Part shown: piece by piece, positions 55,201 to 56,777 of the stretch
Layout of the letters: each line of letters begins with the position of its first letter
Position numbering within the stretch: the stretch's first letter is position 1
Virus record (IMG/VR): IMGVR_UViG_3300046822_000213
Span: 1-56,777 of that record
From: a virus
Lineage: Duplodnaviria > Caudoviricetes
Length of the DNA stretch: 56,777 nucleotides
Reading direction: 5' to 3' (one strand)
Program-made: the position numbers and the translations under genes
Notes under the pieces: generated by a model
What the model was told of the DNA's origin: nothing
The model's database searches: none
The model's input: only the letters and a program-made list of their open reading frames with translations

Positions 55201-56210
55201 GCATCGAACACATTCTTGTCCGGGTAGCTCAGATCAGGAGAAATCGTCAGCTTGTTCTGCTCGATCACCTTGTGTAGTGGAGTGCCGGGGTCGACATTAG
55301 GGATTTTCTTGGCACCGGCAGTCCCGACGCCAAGAGCGTCACTCAACGGAAAGGCACCAGTACCAGACTTTGCAGTGCCGTCCGGAAACGATATCGCCCA
55401 CTTGATTTTGCCATTTTCATCGGCATGATGCGAAGTGGTGACAACCGCGCCCTCTGGTGAAGTGAAGACGTGGTGATTCTCCAGGTGCTGCGGCTGTTGC
55501 TTTAACTTAAATTGGTTGATAACATCGGCAATCAGCGACCCCTTGAGGATCGGTGGCGGCGCGTTTTCGTGGGGCGGCGGCTCGGATGGCTTAAACTCAG
55601 CAGGCTTATTGGCTAATGCCTCCATGCCCTTACGGCCCGATTCCAGAAAGGCCTTGAGTGAGGCACCCGACTTGCCGGTAACGTCCTTTTTACCGGGCAT
55701 CGTGCCGGTCCAATAACCGCCCGGCTTGCCGGTGATCTTGGCTCCGGTGGTAGGGTTGTGGTATTGTAACGGAACGCCGGTCGGTTCGAAGCCAGCAGCA
55801 GTGGCGGCCTTATGCATGTTCTTGTTGACGGTAGCCGCCAGCATGCCGTGGGTCGCGCCACCGGCAGCAGGTGACGGCAGCGGTGACGGCATCTCGGACG
55901 GGGCAGGCTGGTGCGACGTCGACGCCTTGCCGCCGCCGCCAGCACTGGAAAACTTGCCGCCCTTGTCTCGCTTATGTTCCTCCTCGACCCACTCCGCGCC
56001 ATCGTCGCGGAATGGAACCCGATATTGATTGCGCTCGGCCTGCATCTGGTAGATTTGTTGGATGATGTTGAACGGCTTGCCTCGGGCCAGCGCGATCAGA
56101 TCGGGATCGAGCGGCACCAGCTCACCGTCATCATGAAAATGTAAACGGACACCCGGTGCGACGCGCGCGTCGCGGGTATGGGGATTGAAAGTGATGTGGT
56201 AGTGCGGCAT
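52251..56210 (-). CDS. Polyvalent protein: repeated small domains + HipA/PI3-4K-like kinase + VIP2/C3-like ADP-ribosyltransferase
   Basis: Kinase: GSNPGG.Y....GKKYYVK..NE.LA..LY, W.ANWD..G...DN, DVGGAL.YRAQG. ART: YS...Y...N.ALR, TVKR, GFAST, ENEILI.RGS.F.I. Confidence 0.8.
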   Translation of the reverse strand: MPHYHITFNPHTRDARVAPGVRLHFHDDGELVPLDPDLIALARGKPFNIIQQIYQMQAERNQYRVPFRDDGAEWVEEEHKRDKGGKFSSAGGGGKASTSHQPAPSEMPSPLPSPAAGGATHGMLAATVNKNMHKAATAAGFEPTGVPLQYHNPTTGAKITGKPGGYWTGTMPGKKDVTGKSGASLKAFLESGRKGMEALANKPAEFKPSEPPPHENAPPPILKGSLIADVINQFKLKQQPQHLENHHVFTSPEGAVVTTSHHADENGKIKWAISFPDGTAKSGTGAFPLSDALGVGTAGAKKIPNVDPGTPLHKVIEQNKLTISPDLSYPDKNVFDAPDGSTVVVNHHPNPDGKVGWIITNMQGKSQSGFGAVNLGAVLQNGVGTKTSLSEPEPKPAPKTTFGQALNEAGFESADHIKPAPGFTLVYHNPPTGDTVHLNSVTGSFQVKNSLGGVMMSGEGPDELDQFLQMTAPPKKKPVTDIHSLVEEHQLIVDPGEDDMYYHNLKTPGGMDIEISKEPNDEGVHEWSIGDNTTGDQYEAGAGYKELSAALHHIEPLDNIFEPEVEPDNSGFEEPDDVEAEFAKHAIQGDPGAINAAFEAKHKRDALGHFLAGMEQTPEISDATINGGQKIKEFYFPAQSITAKSMAVHVFNDGSGWEVWRSGDGVIAKGSDLASLQAETAKHAPLKHTGGGLTPPAEKPKISHPDSAMEQALTDSGATLVKASNYVDIYTFPDGKKLTLNKYDTGFLLQYDPTNAKPGNGAKMLSEMLAGSGGPKPPPDAAAPLHPNSFIAISLNKAGAKPVGSSDPNVNSYEVGGGLLYVHKDVNAEGKSEWKHILPKGDGSAYVIEGAGANGLEDHLANIPPPPAAAGPKAPTAVAHPVDGTHWKKLGSNLGSNPGGTYEDPDTGKKYYVKDTKSVSHAQNEMLAASLYSMAGVPTLTYHQDTDYPERIVTDWSDAKMGTANMTLAEQNEAFKQYAVHAWLANWDAVGLADDNMGVINGKVTPMDVGGALIYRAQGGLKGSAFDNDAGEWESMKSGYSNPQAVAFFSKAAPEQLQEGAKAVAAISNSDIIAAVAKFGPGTDEEKIELAKKLIKRRDAIAAQAGIATAPGATPGAVPPEKAPPKKHHTNGNWDDTYKARLKQAPIPTKAEAAAIFKYSGGSYDPWNEALRGSFGKKSGGYPTDALASYLSKASLPEAITVKRRVSSDFAEWLMEETQDDVHIFQDFGFASTDHWSGKLTLKINLPKGAQAAAIGHYSDHPGENEILIQRGSKFRIDNFDPNKLEMEVTLMRSGRGAGAVHHEKLSELIQPSPQPLAA

Positions 56211-56295
56211 CTCAATTCCCCCAGACTACACCCGGCGCATCATACCACGCGCCGGGCGTCCGCGCCAGAGGAAAGGTCAGATGTTTTTGTGTTCG

Positions 56296-56733
56296 CTAAC
56301 CGACGCCCAAATGGGCAATAGCCTTGCGCCACGCGCCCGCACCCTTCCAGGTACTCTTGCCTGCCGCGATCCGGGCCTTAATTTTGCGCGTTTCTTCAGC
56401 ACGTGCCTCAGCTGCCAGCCGCTCCTGCTCGGCCAGCACTGCTGCGGCCTCGGCTTCCTTGCGGGCCTTGCGTTCTGCAGCGCGCTGACGCTCCGCCGCA
56501 TGTTTAGCCGCCCTCCCAGCAGAATCAAGGCTGATGCTCTGATTGCGACCAGAGAAGGCATTAAGCGAGTCGCCCGAATTGGGCGGCCACATCTCGCGCC
56601 GGTCAACTGACATGCCGACGCGCGCCACCTTGCTAAGCAGCGCGTCGTCGTTGCCTTCATCGAACTCCGGGATCAGCACCCTCGGATCATGTTCCCCAGC
56701 GGGCCTGCCGGGCTTACGTTTGGTTCTGGGCAT
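56296..56733 (-). CDS. Basic coiled-coil hypothetical protein
   Basis: AAGGAAGGTG RBS. Confidence 0.55.
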   Translation of the reverse strand: MPRTKRKPGRPAGEHDPRVLIPEFDEGNDDALLSKVARVGMSVDRREMWPPNSGDSLNAFSGRNQSISLDSAGRAAKHAAERQRAAERKARKEAEAAAVLAEQERLAAEARAEETRKIKARIAAGKSTWKGAGAWRKAIAHLGVG

Positions 56734-56777
56734 TACACCTTCCTTGGTTGGACCAGATAAGCATCCATCACGATGCT

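Overview
A 56.8-kb segment of a GC-rich tailed phage genome. The host is probably an alphaproteobacterium (inferred from protein families and small-protein content). Bases 1 to about 25,040 (+ strand) encode a contractile-tail module of the Bcep781/DUF3277-DUF2612 type: tube, chaperone with a -1 frameshift site, tape measure with muralytic domains, baseplate proteins, three large fibres each ending in a peptidase-S74 chaperone (one fused to the central spike through a collagen stalk) and a probable holin/lipoprotein pair. Bases about 25,080 to 56,777 (- strand) hold early and replication genes behind near-consensus sigma70 promoters: three helicases, class II RNR, a family A DNA polymerase with an aberrant motif B, and a PurZ-type (2-aminoadenine pathway) synthetase flanked by MazG-like and DUF6378 genes, with no HD-domain DatZ in the window. 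At the right end is a cluster of modular proteins (kinase+ADP-ribosyltransferase; zincin+Nudix+HiPIP-like) that share a repeated H-x-H-D / E-x-x-H-[PK]-R-x(2-3)-G-[KQH]-F tag, suggesting protease-processed, capsid-packaged effector polyproteins. A 14-bp near-palindrome inside long inverted repeats recurs at three loci. All family calls come from recognising motifs by eye; no database searches were run.
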